The position numbers and the translations under genes were made by a program. A model generated the notes under the pieces. That model did no database searches. It was not told where the DNA came from and saw only the letters and a list, made by a program, of their open reading frames with translations. Source: an uncultured delta proteobacterium (lineage in GTDB: Bacteria; Desulfobacterota; RBG-13-43-22). Taken from it: 64,000 nt of DNA. The stretch is taken from the NCBI GenBank assembly GCA_963843145.1, contig CAWJJC010000020.1:320001-384000 (forward strand). The letters are read 5' to 3'. Numbering within the stretch: position 1 is the stretch's first letter; each line of letters starts with the position of its first letter. This document shows, in pieces, positions 62,983-64,000 of the stretch.

Positions 62983-64000
62983 CCCCCTTTTCCTCCGTGG
63001 CCGCCGGCAGGGTAAAAGAAAAGGTGCTCCCCTGGCCGGGGGCGGATTCCACCCAGATGGATCCCCCATGGGCCCGAACGATTTCCTTGCAGATAGCCAG
63101 CCCCAAACCGGTGCCGCCGGCTTCCCGTCCCTTAAGCTGCACGAATTTCTTAAAAATCCGGGCTTGGTCTTCCCAGGGAATCCCCGGGCCATCATCTTGG
63201 ACGGACATTTGTACCTGGGCGCCAAGCCGTTTGGCCCTTAGGTGAATATGGCCGTTCTCGCCGACATAGCGCAGGGCATTGGAAACCAAGTTCGTCAGGA
63301 CCCAAGTGATTTTGTTGGCGTCGGCCCTGATTCGCGGCGCGTCTTCCAACAGGTCCATGGTTAGGGAGACCGGCTTCATTTCCAATTGCCCTTTGAAAAT
63401 GGTCTGAATTTGACTAAAAATATCCGCCAGCGCCACGTTTTCAAATTCCAGAGTAATCTTCCCGGCCTCGATCTTGGATAAATCCAGCAGGTCCTGCACC
63501 AGGGCTTTCAGGCGTTGGACCTCCTCGTGGGCCACCTGGAGCAGTTCCTGATCCCGGGGGGGGAGGTCTCCGGAGGTCTGTTCCAAGAGGAGGTCGATGC
63601 TCATGCTCAGGCTAGTGAGCGGGGTATACAGTTCATGGGAGGCCGCCATGACGAATTCGCTTTTGAGCCGTTCCACTTCCTTAAGACGGGTGACGTCCCG
63701 GAGCAGTAGGACGATCCCGGAGAGGCCTCGCTCCCGTCCCCCGATGGTTGTTACGGAGAAAAGCACATGACGCGGTCCCTGGTTTTGAGGAAGGGAAACG
63801 ATCCGTTCTTCCTCGGGCCCAGGCGGCGGAACTCCGGATTCGATCGTCTGGCGGACCAAGTCGCAGATCGGGGTCTGGGGGAAGACTTCAGAGCAATTCT
63901 TTCCCAAAACCTCGACAGCTTCCAGATCCAGCATCCGGCGGGCGGCCGGGTTGATGCCCGTCACCCGGAGTGCGGTATCAAAAACCACCAGGCCGTCCTC
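62951..64000 (-). CDS. PAS sensor histidine kinase, KinB-like, 5'-truncated by the window edge
   Basis: ASHELYTPLTS, NLVSNALRY, DDGPGI and GTGLGLAI. Confidence 0.9.
   Translation of the reverse strand, partial: EDGLVVFDTALRVTGINPAARRMLDLEAVEVLGKNCSEVFPQTPICDLVRQTIESGVPPPGPEEERIVSLPQNQGPRHVLFSVTTIGGRERGLSGIVLLLRDVTRLKEVERLKSEFVMAASHELYTPLTSLSMSIDLLLEQTSGDLPPRDQELLQVAHEEVQRLKALVQDLLDLSKIEAGKITLEFENVALADIFSQIQTIFKGQLEMKPVSLTMDLLEDAPRIRADANKITWVLTNLVSNALRYVGENGHIHLRAKRLGAQVQMSVQDDGPGIPWEDQARIFKKFVQLKGREAGGTGLGLAICKEIVRAHGGSIWVESAPGQGSTFSFTLPAATEEKGDENEKNSGGG

Overview
This 64-kb window looks like chromosome from an anaerobic deltaproteobacterium (Desulfobacterota-like; inferred from gene content, not verified). 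Five blocks: (1) 1-11.8 kb, a nitrogen-control supercluster (2x amtB-glnK, class I glutamine amidotransferase, glnB-glnD-glnA-glnE) with two sigma54 promoters of near-identical enhancer/IHF layout. (2) 12-19.8 kb, mvhD-metV-metF, a hairpin-packed spacer, then a three-gene split glutamate synthase: one intact and one degenerate ferredoxin-FMN-barrel subunit plus a GATase-GXGXG subunit, with no gltD in the window. (3) 19.8-38 kb, radical SAM enzymes, sensor kinases, a 1403-aa double BadF/G activase, RNase E/G, amidohydrolase and methyltransferase. (4) 38-48 kb, mscL, fdhE, modE-like, ahbB, hemL, ilvD, amrS, a histone H1-like protein, dedA and a degenerate RecA/KaiC-XRE-cupin regulator. (5) 48-64 kb, a K+ island in which kdpFABC appears to be sigma54-driven and KdpD is split into a KdpD-Usp-PTS EIIA fusion and a kinase-less Usp-TM-GAF piece; KinB/AlgB-like signalling proteins, a KimA-like permease and an extra micro-ORF complete it. 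Six genes carry single-base frameshifts that may be assembly errors. I recognised no tRNA, rRNA, CRISPR array or transposase. All calls come from reading motifs by eye; no database search was run. The best candidates for an undescribed system are the reorganised Kdp regulatory module and the split glutamate synthase beside mvhD-metVF.
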